Shown piece by piece: positions 9,066 through 18,619 of a stretch of 31,242 bases of DNA. Under the pieces are notes generated by a model that worked only from the letters and a program-made list of their open reading frames with translations, was not told the DNA's origin and made no database searches. The DNA is taken from contig JBIKWQ010000037.1 of assembly GCA_044356215.1 (NCBI GenBank), positions 1-31,242 on the forward strand, given 5' to 3'. Source of the stretch: Bdellovibrionota bacterium (GTDB lineage Bacteria; Bdellovibrionota_C; UBA2361; OMII01). The translations under genes and the position numbers were made by a program. Numbering within the stretch: the stretch's first letter is position 1; each line of letters begins with the position of its first letter.

Positions 9066-10166
9066 TTGAAAAGGAATAATCCAGAGGATTTCTGCATCTT
9101 GAATGGTCGAGAGGACGCTCGTTTAAGCGAGGCGGAGCGCCTGACCGTACTAGGTGGTGCTGGCTTGGACCGGGTCATGACCAGATTAGGAAAAAGCCTT
9201 TCTTCGGTGAGCTTGGAAACCTTCGCGCCATCGCTAGATATAGCGACCTTAAAGACTCAAGTAATGATGCTAGAGATGTTAAGGAGCAGAGGCGAGATTT
9301 CCGGCTTATTCCGTGCGCCTGCCAGCTTCAAAGACCCGCTAATAACACCGATCCACGGATTCCCGGAGGGATCAGTATTTGACCTTGAATTCCCGTCACA
9401 TTTTCCCGTCGCTGGCTGGAGTCACGATCCTGGCTATATCTCTACAGAGGAAAATACGACCTCATTTGTGAGGTTGTGGGAGCACAAAGTAGCGGCCGCG
9501 GATCGCATGACTATCATCGCGGTCCACGGCTGGACGATGGGTGACCAGAGAATTAACTCACTGGCATTTCTTCCGGGATTGTTATTCTCGTTGGGGTGTA
9601 ATGTGGCGCTTGTTGAGCTGCCCTTTCACGGTCGCAGACGACCTAAAGGGATTCCTGATGAGCTACCACTTTTTCCCAGCGCGGATCCAGTGAGAACTTG
9701 CTTGGCGATGGCGCACGCGTTGTACGATCTACGGGTTTTACGGCACTTCCTCACCAAACGCGGCCACGCGCGCATATCGTGCGTTGGAATGAGCTTAGGA
9801 GCATATGTAGGAGCGCTCTGGGCTTCTCTAGACCGTCTAGACCGAGCCGCCTTTCTGGTTCCTTTAGTGTCTATGGGGGAGATGGCGCTTGAGCTACTAT
9901 CAAAGCAGGGGCTCGTTTCTGTGTCGCGAGATTTTTTGATTGATCTGTTTCGTGATCACTCACCACTTGAGCGTGAGCCGGCTACTTCACAAGAATCGAT
10001 CATAGTTGTCGCGGGAACAGATGATCATCTAGTCCCGATGAGCCAGATATCTCAGTTGCAGCGGAGTTGGCCAAGAGTTGAGGTCGTCTGGGCTGGGGGT
10101 GGTCACGGAGCAGCGACGAATCGAGCCGAGACCTTCGACCGAGTAGCGAAGTTTTTGTTATCATAA
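9066..10166 (+). CDS. Alpha/beta-fold hydrolase
   Basis: HGW oxyanion motif, GMSLG nucleophile elbow, DHLVP acid, GGH His. TTG start with GAGGAG upstream. Confidence 0.85.
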   Translation: MKRNNPEDFCILNGREDARLSEAERLTVLGGAGLDRVMTRLGKSLSSVSLETFAPSLDIATLKTQVMMLEMLRSRGEISGLFRAPASFKDPLITPIHGFPEGSVFDLEFPSHFPVAGWSHDPGYISTEENTTSFVRLWEHKVAAADRMTIIAVHGWTMGDQRINSLAFLPGLLFSLGCNVALVELPFHGRRRPKGIPDELPLFPSADPVRTCLAMAHALYDLRVLRHFLTKRGHARISCVGMSLGAYVGALWASLDRLDRAAFLVPLVSMGEMALELLSKQGLVSVSRDFLIDLFRDHSPLEREPATSQESIIVVAGTDDHLVPMSQISQLQRSWPRVEVVWAGGGHGAATNRAETFDRVAKFLLS

Positions 10167-10201
10167 GAGGCAAATCAACGAGATTTTTGGAAATAAAGAT
10201 T

Positions 10202-11956
10202 ATGTTGGACACTGGAACTCAGAAGACGTTTGGACTTGTTAGCCCAGCTAAGGGACTCTTCCTCGGCGAGATCCGGGGGGAGATCATCTCGCCATTTCCA
10301 AAGATAGCTCCGCAGGAGCAAGAGACCTTACGGTTTGTAATCGAGTCAATCGATAAATTTATGGCTGATAAGTCGGAGGACTTTAGACGGTACGATGTTG
10401 AGGGTGCGCAGCCTGATGATTACGTCGATGAGTTAAAGAGCCTGGGGCTCTTCTCACTGATTATTCCCGAGGAGTTCTCAGGTCTGGGGCTCTCAAATTC
10501 AGGGTACGCGCGCGTACTGCAACAGACCAGTCGGTATGACGCGTCAACATCGTTGACAATCGGAGCGCACAGCTCAATCGGAATGAAAGCACTGCTTCTC
10601 TTTGGTACGCCTGAACAGAAGGCTAAATATCTTCCGCGTCTAGCGACGGGAGAACTTATCGCCGCGTTTTGTCTGACGGAATCCGGTTCTGGATCTGATG
10701 CGGCCTCTGTAAAAACCAACGCGGTAAAACAGAGCGATGGTAGTTGGATTTTAAACGGCGAGAAGATATGGATTACAAATGGTGGCACTGCCGGATTTTT
10801 CACCGTGTTCGCCAAGACTGAAGGCGACGGCGGTAAAATGACGGGCTTTATAGTCGAGCGCGAATGGCCGGGTGTCTCGACGGGTCCAAAAGAGGACAAG
10901 ATGGGAATTCGAGCTTCGTGCACAACCACCGTCCGATTTGACAATGTGCGTGTCCCCGCCGAGTGTGTTTTGGGCGAAGAGGGCAAGGGCTTTAAAGTAG
11001 CCATGGCCGTACTTAACAATGGGCGTACAGGTCTTGGCGGCGGCTGCGTCGGGGCGATGAAGAGGCTCATTGAGCTGGCTATAGCTCAGGCGACACAACG
11101 TAAGCAGTTTGGTAAAAGTATCTCTGAGTTCCAGCTGATTAAGGACAAGATCGCCACCATGACAGCGCTCTGCTTCGCCTCCGAGAGTGTAGTGAGTGTT
11201 GTTGGCCACCTAATTGATTCGGGCTCAGAGGATTTCTCTGTTGAAGCGGCGATGAGCAAGATCTTCGTCTCAGAGGCGCTGTGGACTGTAGCCGATGAGG
11301 CGCTACAGATCGCCGGTGGAAATGGTTTCATGCGAGAGTATCCCTATGAGAAGGTCGTCCGTGATTCACGGATAAATCGTATATTTGAGGGAACAAATGA
11401 GATCTTGCGGCTTTACGTTGGTTTGTCAGGAATGAAGGATCCAGGAGAAGCTCTCAAGGATATCGCTAGGGGGTTAAAGGGCATATTTAACGATCCTATC
11501 AAGGGATTCGGCGTGTTGAGTGATTACGCCTCCAGAAAGGTAGGTCAACTGACCCCGATTGGGAGGTCGAAATTTGTTGGGCTTCATCCAGCCCTAGCCG
11601 ATGAATCGCTCGTATTTGAGCAAGGTGTGGCGAAGCTGGCGCAAGCGGTAGAGGCGACCCTCTCACGATATCGCAAGGGAATTATTGAGCAGCAGCTAGC
11701 GACTAAAAGACTGGCCGATGTGGCGATTGATCTCTTTGTGGGTATGTGCGCTATGGCTAGAGTAAGTTCGCTTATCTCGGAAAAGGGTGAAGCCTCTTGC
11801 CAGGATGAGGTCCGAATCGTTAAGGTGATATCAAGTGGAGCTAGGGTGAGGATCGGGAATAACCTTAAGGCTCTCTACAAGAACGCTGATTCTGATGCTG
11901 TCGCTCTGGCGGACAGTATAATCGCGAAGGGTGGTTACACTTGGGACGTTCTGTAG
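10202..11956 (+). CDS. Acyl-CoA dehydrogenase (long, ACADVL/ACAD9-like)
   Basis: AFCLTESGSGSDA, NGEKIWITNG, RKQFGK, IFEGTNEI (catalytic Glu) and a C-terminal extension. ATG at 10202 preferred over TTG at 10187. Confidence 0.93.
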   Translation: MLDTGTQKTFGLVSPAKGLFLGEIRGEIISPFPKIAPQEQETLRFVIESIDKFMADKSEDFRRYDVEGAQPDDYVDELKSLGLFSLIIPEEFSGLGLSNSGYARVLQQTSRYDASTSLTIGAHSSIGMKALLLFGTPEQKAKYLPRLATGELIAAFCLTESGSGSDAASVKTNAVKQSDGSWILNGEKIWITNGGTAGFFTVFAKTEGDGGKMTGFIVEREWPGVSTGPKEDKMGIRASCTTTVRFDNVRVPAECVLGEEGKGFKVAMAVLNNGRTGLGGGCVGAMKRLIELAIAQATQRKQFGKSISEFQLIKDKIATMTALCFASESVVSVVGHLIDSGSEDFSVEAAMSKIFVSEALWTVADEALQIAGGNGFMREYPYEKVVRDSRINRIFEGTNEILRLYVGLSGMKDPGEALKDIARGLKGIFNDPIKGFGVLSDYASRKVGQLTPIGRSKFVGLHPALADESLVFEQGVAKLAQAVEATLSRYRKGIIEQQLATKRLADVAIDLFVGMCAMARVSSLISEKGEASCQDEVRIVKVISSGARVRIGNNLKALYKNADSDAVALADSIIAKGGYTWDVL

Positions 11957-11986
11957 TTTCATTCGATTCGATGTGAGGAAAGTACG

Positions 11987-13405
11987 ATGAAAAAACTTTG
12001 GGGTGGCCGTTTCTCTGGCGAACGGGACCAGAGTATTGAGGCATTTGGGGCTTCGATATCCTTTGATCAGCGACTCGCTAGCTTTGATATTACCGGTAGT
12101 ATAGCTCACGCGACGATGTTGGGAGCGACAGGTTGTATATCAGCGGATGACGCTAAGAGTATCGTCGCGGGGTTAGGAAAAGTCAGAGAGAAGCTTGAGC
12201 GAGGGGAGCTCGAGTTTAGGTTGGCAGACGAGGATATTCACATGAATATCGAGCGGTACCTTACAGAGGAGATCGGAGCTGTCGCTGGTAAGCTACACAC
12301 AGCTCGCAGCAGGAATGACCAGGTCGCTACTGACATGCACCTATTTGTCAGAGAAGCGCTGTTAGACTCGATCGATTACGCTGAGAGGTGCAGAGTAGCT
12401 CTTGTAGAGCAAGCAGATAAGCACATCGGCGTTATAATGCCGGGGTATACCCATTTGCAGCGCGCGCAGCCGGTTCTATTCTCACATCATTTGATGGCCT
12501 ACGCGCAGATGTTAAGCCGTGATATCGGGCGGCTACAAGATCTGTGGAAGCGCGTTAACGTTCTTCCTCTCGGCTCCGGAGCGATCGCTGGGACTACGTT
12601 CCCCCTCGATCGGATGATGGTCGCTAGACTCCTAAAATTCGACGGTATCTACGAAAACAGCATGGATGCGGTAAGTGATCGTGATTTCGTGCTCGAGTAT
12701 CAGAGCGCCGCTTGCTTATGCATGATGCACCTCTCGCGTTTGTGCGAGGAGATAATTATCTGGAGCAGTGGTGAATTTGGGTTCATCGAGCTTGATGATT
12801 CTCTTTCGACTGGTAGTAGCATGATGCCACAAAAGAAGAACCCTGACTTCGCTGAGTTGACTCGCGGCAAGACAGGAAGAGTCTACGGATCGCTATTCTC
12901 TCTCCTTACCACAATGAAAGGTTTGCCACTCACCTACAATAAAGACATGCAAGAAGACAAGGAGGGGTTGTTTGATACAGTGGACACGGTTCTGGGGTCA
13001 CTAAATGTTGTCTCGGCGATGATTCGAACGTGGCATGTGAACGGCGACCGTATGCGACTCGCGGCCGATCAGGGATTTACTAACGCTACTGATGCCGCTG
13101 ATTACCTAGCTAAAAAGGGGCTCCCGTTTAGAGAGGCTCACGAAGTAGTTGGACAACTGGTACGGTACTGTATCGAACATAAGACCCATATATCGGCCAT
13201 AAATTTGGAGGATCTCAAGCGTTTCTCGCCTCTTTTTGAGACGGATGTTTTCGAAGCATTGCGTCTTGAGAGCGTTGTTAATCGGAGATCGACATCCGGC
13301 GGTACCGGAACTAAACCAGTTATGTCGCAGATTGCTGAGTTGAAACAGCGAATAAAGAACGATGAGTTATGGCTGAAAGAAAGGCGAGGCTCGATAGAGT
13401 TCTGA
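11987..13405 (+). CDS. argH: Argininosuccinate lyase
   Basis: KLWGGRF, LHTARSRNDQ, MPGYTHLQRAQP, GSSMMPQKKNPD, YNKDMQEDKE. Confidence 0.98.
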   Translation: MKKLWGGRFSGERDQSIEAFGASISFDQRLASFDITGSIAHATMLGATGCISADDAKSIVAGLGKVREKLERGELEFRLADEDIHMNIERYLTEEIGAVAGKLHTARSRNDQVATDMHLFVREALLDSIDYAERCRVALVEQADKHIGVIMPGYTHLQRAQPVLFSHHLMAYAQMLSRDIGRLQDLWKRVNVLPLGSGAIAGTTFPLDRMMVARLLKFDGIYENSMDAVSDRDFVLEYQSAACLCMMHLSRLCEEIIIWSSGEFGFIELDDSLSTGSSMMPQKKNPDFAELTRGKTGRVYGSLFSLLTTMKGLPLTYNKDMQEDKEGLFDTVDTVLGSLNVVSAMIRTWHVNGDRMRLAADQGFTNATDAADYLAKKGLPFREAHEVVGQLVRYCIEHKTHISAINLEDLKRFSPLFETDVFEALRLESVVNRRSTSGGTGTKPVMSQIAELKQRIKNDELWLKERRGSIEF

Positions 13406-13452
13406 AACGGCTCGTCAGTTAAGTCCAGAGTGGATTTTGACAACGAGAGATT

Positions 13453-15063
13453 TTACTGTACAAAATCTCTGAATTCGTGTCCCGTATTTTTTTCGCGCAC
13501 ATACTTTTTCTCCCACTCGGCGCTTAGGAGAATTACATGGCGGTCGCGAGAATCCATAGCGATAAATGATCCCATCGGCAACATGAGCTTGCCGATATCA
13601 CCCATGACGTAAACGCTGTGCTTGTAAGGAAGGAAATCGATAGCCGTCTTTACTCCGTATTCATCTTGAAGGCGGTACTGCAGAACCTCAAATTGCAGCC
13701 TTCCTACCGCCGCGACTAAGGGTGGATCTTTTGGATTCTTAAAGGAGCGTAGGATCTGCACCGCACCCTCGTAGGCCAATTGGTTTATACCTTTCTCAAA
13801 CGCCTTGTGGCGCATTACATCAGTAGGTCTTATCTGGGCGACTATCTCGGGAGGGAACTGCGGCATCGGCTTGTAATTAAACCCTCCACGTAGCGAAACC
13901 GTATCCCCGATGGCGAAAGCCCCAGGATTAATAACTCCGATTATATCCCCTGGAAACGCTTGATCTACTGTGTTGCGATCTTGAGCGACCATGCTGTAAG
14001 AGCGCGAGAGTCTAAGCTCTTTACCCTCGCGGTGATGCTTAACGACCATGTCACGCTCAAAACGACCGGAGCAAACTCGTAGGTACGCCATGCTGTCACG
14101 ATGGCGCGGATTCATATTGGCTTGGATCTTAAAAACATAGGCCGAGAAGGGCTCCTCAACTGGATCGATCTCTACATCATCTCCTTTAGTGTCACTAGCG
14201 AGATAGGAGTGAGGAGCCGGGGCAAGCTCAGTAAAAGCGTCGAAAAATGGCTCAATTCCAAAGTTGGTTAGCGCTGATCCAAAGAAAACAGGGGTCACTT
14301 CGCCGTTTAAGAAGCTCTCTGTTGAGAATTGATTTCCAGCTGTGGCTAGTAGCTCAAGCTCATCCTGCAGCTGTTTGTACTGCTCATCTGAGATAGCGCC
14401 TGATTGAACGGCTTTGTCGAGTGTCATCTCTTGAAGTTCAGCTTTAGCCGCGCCTCCATACTCGGACCGTGTAAACAGGATCACCTTGCGGGTCTTTACG
14501 TAGACAACTCCTTTAAATGAGCTGCCACTGCCGATCGGCCAATTTATAGGACTCGCTAGAATTCCAAGAACGTCCTCAACCTCCTGAAGGAGTTCTAGGG
14601 GATCTTTGCTGGGAAGATCCATCTTATTTATAAATGTTAATATCGGAGTCTTCTGCATCTTGCAGACTGCGAAAAGTTTTCGTGTCTGAGCCTCCACGCC
14701 CTTTGATGCGTCAAGAACCATCACGGCGCTATCAGCCGCCGTGAGCGTACGGTATGTGTCTTCGCTGAAATCCTGGTGCCCAGGGGTATCTAGCACGTTG
14801 ATGATCGCGTCTTTGTAGGCGAACTGCATCGCGGACGCCGAGATCGAGATTCCACGCTCCTGCTCAAGCGCCATCCAATCAGACGAGGTGGCTTTGCCGC
14901 CCTTGCGGGCTCTCACCATTCCCGCTGTGTGAATCATACCTGAGTAAAGTAACAGTTTCTCGGTAAGGGTAGTCTTTCCGGCGTCTGGATGGCTAATGAT
15001 AGCAAAGGTTCGCCGCTTGGCGGTCTGGGCTTGAACTTCTTTTTGTGCTGCTGGGTCTGTCAT
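13453..15063 (-). CDS. prfC: Peptide chain release factor 3
   Basis: RRTFAIISHPDAGKTTLTEKLLL, DTPGHQDFSEDTYRTL, NKMD, FKIQANM, VGRLQFEV. Confidence 0.97.
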   Translation of the reverse strand: MTDPAAQKEVQAQTAKRRTFAIISHPDAGKTTLTEKLLLYSGMIHTAGMVRARKGGKATSSDWMALEQERGISISASAMQFAYKDAIINVLDTPGHQDFSEDTYRTLTAADSAVMVLDASKGVEAQTRKLFAVCKMQKTPILTFINKMDLPSKDPLELLQEVEDVLGILASPINWPIGSGSSFKGVVYVKTRKVILFTRSEYGGAAKAELQEMTLDKAVQSGAISDEQYKQLQDELELLATAGNQFSTESFLNGEVTPVFFGSALTNFGIEPFFDAFTELAPAPHSYLASDTKGDDVEIDPVEEPFSAYVFKIQANMNPRHRDSMAYLRVCSGRFERDMVVKHHREGKELRLSRSYSMVAQDRNTVDQAFPGDIIGVINPGAFAIGDTVSLRGGFNYKPMPQFPPEIVAQIRPTDVMRHKAFEKGINQLAYEGAVQILRSFKNPKDPPLVAAVGRLQFEVLQYRLQDEYGVKTAIDFLPYKHSVYVMGDIGKLMLPMGSFIAMDSRDRHVILLSAEWEKKYVREKNTGHEFRDFVQ

Positions 15064-15167
15064 AACAGGGCGTATTTTAACATAAATGGGCGATTATTGC
15101 ACTGCGTGGGAGGTATCTTTTAAGGATAAAGGTTGCTATCCTCTAGTCCATCGGCCTGGCACGTTAA

Positions 15168-15350
15168 GGAAGGACGGCAAAACCCCTCCCTACTGCGAAA
15201 GCGGATCTTGAGCTGCTCTTCGAGTTTTCGAGATGGGAAAAAATCCTCAATGTATCACAGTGGATACACTTGCGGTTTTTTCCCATCTCGAAAATCGAAT
15301 ATCAACTCAATCTCCACTTTCTCGCTACGGGTAGGTTTTGCCGGCCTTCC
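15168..15350. mobile_element. 183-bp MITE, copy 1 (IS5-like ends), flanked by TTAA/TTAA
   Basis: 17-bp TIRs GGAAGGACGGCAAAACC ... GGTTTTGCCGGCCTTCC (16/17). TTAA at 15164-15167 and 15351-15354. Near-identical inverted copy at 18780-18962. Confidence 0.9.
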
Positions 15351-15398
15351 TTAAGAAACTGCTTGAGCGCGATACAACCTTTTTAAGTGAGCATTTTT

Positions 15399-15896
15399 AT
15401 GAGTGGAGAGCAGTTAGTTGGCAAGGATTTAGTGGTAACTTTTCATTATACCCTGAAGAATGAGGCAGGCGAGGTTCTCGATTCATCAGCCGGTGCTGAG
15501 CCACTTTCTTATCTACACGGCTACAAGAATATAGTTCCGGGATTGGAGAACGCACTTGTTGGAAAGGCCGTTGGAGCTAAGTTCAATGTAACAGTTGAGC
15601 CAGGCGAAGGTTACGGAGAGCGCGAAGACGAGATGGTCATTCAGATCCCTAAGGCCGAGTGGACACTTCCAGAGCATGTGGGAGCTGGTGAGGTAATTGA
15701 GCTCCAGTCTCCTGAGGGGCATGTTGTGCCAGCGATGATCGTAGAAATCGGCAACGAGTTCGTCGTAGTGGATGCTAATCATCCACTAGCTGGAGAGAAG
15801 CTCTTTTTTGAAGTTGAATTGACATCGATCCGTGGCGCTACAAAAGAGGAGTTGCAGCACGGACACGTCCATGGAGAGGGTGGGCATCACCACTAA
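15399..15896 (+). CDS. slyD: FKBP-type peptidyl-prolyl isomerase SlyD
   Basis: VVTFHYTL, YLHGYKNIVPGLE, GYGE, VDANHPLAG and a His-rich tail HGHVHGEGGHHH. Confidence 0.95.
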   Translation: MSGEQLVGKDLVVTFHYTLKNEAGEVLDSSAGAEPLSYLHGYKNIVPGLENALVGKAVGAKFNVTVEPGEGYGEREDEMVIQIPKAEWTLPEHVGAGEVIELQSPEGHVVPAMIVEIGNEFVVVDANHPLAGEKLFFEVELTSIRGATKEELQHGHVHGEGGHHH

Positions 15897-15907
15897 AAAG
15901 ACGGATT

Positions 15908-16150
15908 ATGTTCATTCCCCATCACTCTGTAAGTGCTGACGTTCTGCGCGGTGTCATCGAGGAGTTCGTTAGTCGCGAGGGAACCGACTACGGATTTGAG
16001 TATTCACTCGATGACAAGGTAAAAGCCGTCCATAAGCAGTTGGAGCAGGGGAAGGCGCGCCTGTTTTTCGATCCTATATCTGAGACCTGCGATATTGTAT
16101 CTGTAGCGAGCGCGCGTTATCGCGAGTTGCTTGCTAAGCTAGGCTCCTGA
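15908..16150 (+). CDS. yheU: YheU/UPF0270 family protein
   Basis: MxIP...LxxVIEEFVxREGTDYG...SLxxKVxxVxxQL signature. Confidence 0.88.
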   Translation: MFIPHHSVSADVLRGVIEEFVSREGTDYGFEYSLDDKVKAVHKQLEQGKARLFFDPISETCDIVSVASARYRELLAKLGS

Positions 16151-16167
16151 GTCGTACTGGGTGCTTT

Positions 16168-17202
16168 GTGAGCGATAAAGTTAAAAAAGAGGGCCTTTGG
16201 TGGGCAGATCTTAGTGACGAAGAGTTACTAAAAGTCCGGATGTGCGATCTCAATCTGAAGATTGAGGGTACGGCACTTGAGTCTCGTATCAAGCACGTTC
16301 AGAGTGAGCTAGATCAGAGAAATCTTCGCTTCACTCCGCATTATTGGTTGTCAGATGAGTGGTTCTGTCCTGACGGTATTCCAGGGATAGCCATACCATT
16401 TTACCTGGCGCATCCCCGTCTAGAGAGGCTTGAAAAGGCTAAACTCTACGAAGTTGAGGGCGGGGAAGAGCAATGGTGTCTTAAGATCTTACGACATGAA
16501 GTTGGGCACGCTATTGAGAACGCGTTTAGGCTAAGGTTGCGTAAGGAGCGACGTAAGGTCTTCGGTAAATCGTCGGTCCCTTATCCTGAGTACTATTCCC
16601 CACGGCCTTATAGTAAGAGCTTCGTCCTGCATCTAGATCGCTGGTACGCGCAGAGTCACCCAGATGAGGACTTTGCCGAGACATTCGCGGTATGGCTGAC
16701 GCCAAATTCGCAGTGGCAAGCTCGTTATGAGGGGTGGCCGGCCCTCAAGAAAATTAAATACATGGACGCGTTAATGGGGCAGATAGCTGGCAAGTCCCCT
16801 GGTGTTACAAATTCTAATACCCTCGACCCTCTAGAGAGCCTCACGAAAACTCTAGGAGAGCATTATGACGAGCGGTGTAAGAAATACGGCATGGAGCACC
16901 CAAGCTTTTATGACAAGGATCTGAGGTCTCTTTTCTCGAGCAGCCCGGATTTTGCGAAACATCCGCTCGCTGGTCAGTTTATTCGTCGCAAAAAGCGTCA
17001 GATACGTTCGGTCGTTTCTCGCTGGACGGGAATCTATCAATATACTATCGATAAGGTGTTGGATGCGATGATCATGCGCTCGTCTGAGTTGGGCTTACGC
17101 TTAACTCTGTCAGAGGATGAGTCGCTTAAACAGTTTACTGTCTTAGTAACCGTACAGACTATGAACTATCTCCATAGTGGACGACACAGGGTGGCGCTAT
17201 GA
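16168..17202 (+). CDS. Putative zinc-binding metallopeptidase (Peptidase_Mx-like)
   Basis: LRHEVGH (HExxH) and YAQSHPDEDFAETFA. Its stop overlaps the next start (ATGA, 17199-17202). Confidence 0.8.
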   Translation: MSDKVKKEGLWWADLSDEELLKVRMCDLNLKIEGTALESRIKHVQSELDQRNLRFTPHYWLSDEWFCPDGIPGIAIPFYLAHPRLERLEKAKLYEVEGGEEQWCLKILRHEVGHAIENAFRLRLRKERRKVFGKSSVPYPEYYSPRPYSKSFVLHLDRWYAQSHPDEDFAETFAVWLTPNSQWQARYEGWPALKKIKYMDALMGQIAGKSPGVTNSNTLDPLESLTKTLGEHYDERCKKYGMEHPSFYDKDLRSLFSSSPDFAKHPLAGQFIRRKKRQIRSVVSRWTGIYQYTIDKVLDAMIMRSSELGLRLTLSEDESLKQFTVLVTVQTMNYLHSGRHRVAL

Positions 17203-18212
17203 AGAAGAAGCTAAGGGTGCTCTGTTTGGCCCATGAGGACCTTGTTCCGCCAGAAGATATCAAGAGGGATAGGTCTTTTCATGAAGAGCCTTGGCGCACA
17301 GAGCAGTATGTTCTGTCGACTCTTAAAAAGCTTGGCCACGAAGCTAAGATCCTAGGAGTACGCTATGATCTAGGTGTAATCAGGAACGGCGTTGAGGAGT
17401 TTAAGCCTGATATTATCTTTAATCTTCTGGAAGAATTTCACGATCAGCCGCTCTATGATCAGAACGTCGTGAGCTACCTTGAATTAGTCCCTGTGCCTTA
17501 CACGGGATGCAATCCTCGTGGAATGGTCTTAGCGCGAGACAAGGCTCTTACTAGAAAAGTCTTAAGCTATCACCGCATTCCAGGCCCTGATTTCGCTGTG
17601 TTTAATCGAGGACGCAAAGTTAAGCGTCCAAAGAAGCTCGCTCTGCCGCTCTTTGTTAAGTCACAGATTGAGGAAGCATCGCTTGGAATATCTCAAGCAT
17701 CAGTTGTGTACACCGATAGTGAGCTCGAAGAACGCGTTAAATTTATGCATGAGCGCTATCGAACAGATGTCATAGTCGAGGAGTATATCGAGGGAAGGGA
17801 GCTCTACGTTGGAATCCTTGGAGATGAGCGTTTAACCGTTCTTCCGATATGGGAGCTTCTCTTTGAGAGGATGCCGGACGATGTGCCACATATCGCGACA
17901 CGGAAAGCAAAGTGGGATCCTGAGTATCAAAAGCGCCACGGAATAGTCAGCCGGGAGGCAGAAGGGCTTACACCTGAGCTAAAGCACAGAATTGTTAACG
18001 CGTGTAAGCGCACATACAGGGCACTTGGTCTATCGGGTTATGCCCGTATAGACCTGCGCTTGAAGGAGAGCGGCGAAGTTTTTGTTATTGAGGCTAACCC
18101 TAATCCGGAGATCGCCTACATGGAGGATTTCGCTGACTCGGCCCAGGCATATGGACTCTCTTATGAGGATTTAATTCAGCGCATCCTCTCGTTAGGGTTA
18201 ACACGCGGGTAG
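17199..18212 (+). CDS. ATP-grasp ligase, D-Ala-D-Ala ligase-like but not canonical Ddl
   Basis: PYTG...DK, PLFVK...SLGI, EEYIEGRE, ARIDLR, EANPNP. Lacks the Ddl N-terminal GGxSxE motif. Confidence 0.85.
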   Translation: MKKKLRVLCLAHEDLVPPEDIKRDRSFHEEPWRTEQYVLSTLKKLGHEAKILGVRYDLGVIRNGVEEFKPDIIFNLLEEFHDQPLYDQNVVSYLELVPVPYTGCNPRGMVLARDKALTRKVLSYHRIPGPDFAVFNRGRKVKRPKKLALPLFVKSQIEEASLGISQASVVYTDSELEERVKFMHERYRTDVIVEEYIEGRELYVGILGDERLTVLPIWELLFERMPDDVPHIATRKAKWDPEYQKRHGIVSREAEGLTPELKHRIVNACKRTYRALGLSGYARIDLRLKESGEVFVIEANPNPEIAYMEDFADSAQAYGLSYEDLIQRILSLGLTRG

Positions 18213-18220
18213 AGGACACA

Positions 18221-18619
18221 ATGTATAAGGCTATCTCGGTTGTTGGATTGTTGCTAGCGCTTCTTGGTGTCTGGCAGGGAGCAGAGACTTACTCTTTTGT
18301 TAATGACGCACGCGTGACTCAGGCAAGGGTAACGGCCATTCAGGAGCTAAGGGGACCTCCTAAACCACGACAGAGGACTCCTATACACCTTTCATACAGG
18401 ACAGATGATGGTAATGAGTATAGCGCGATAGCCCACCTTCCGTTACTGCAGGAGATCAAAGCGGGTGATGAGATCCGAGTTCTAGTGGATCCATCAAAGC
18501 CAGAGATCGCCAAACTGCCGCTCTGGTCTGAGCTATGGGCGAGGACACTCGCATATGTTGTCGGTGGACTACTGCTCTTAATAGTAGCCCGTGTGCTGTC
18601 GACCAAGCAGAGTCGGTAG
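18221..18619 (+). CDS. Small membrane protein (DUF3592-like)
   Basis: N- and C-terminal TM helices flank a beta-rich domain with GDEIRVLVDPSKP. AGAGGA RBS upstream. Confidence 0.65.
   Translation: MYKAISVVGLLLALLGVWQGAETYSFVNDARVTQARVTAIQELRGPPKPRQRTPIHLSYRTDDGNEYSAIAHLPLLQEIKAGDEIRVLVDPSKPEIAKLPLWSELWARTLAYVVGGLLLLIVARVLSTKQSR

Noticed and set aside
10420..11331. Long antisense ORFs inside the acyl-CoA dehydrogenase, and similar ones inside the ABC, acs and kbl genes
   Set aside because: They lie opposite well-supported conserved genes and show no motifs.
15133..15354. 73-aa ORF spanning MITE copy 1
   Set aside because: It starts at a TTG outside the element with no coding signature, and the element is a palindromic repeat; likely a chance ORF.
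17199..18212. Gene symbol ddl
   Set aside because: The Ddl substrate-site motifs are missing and there is no cell-wall gene context.
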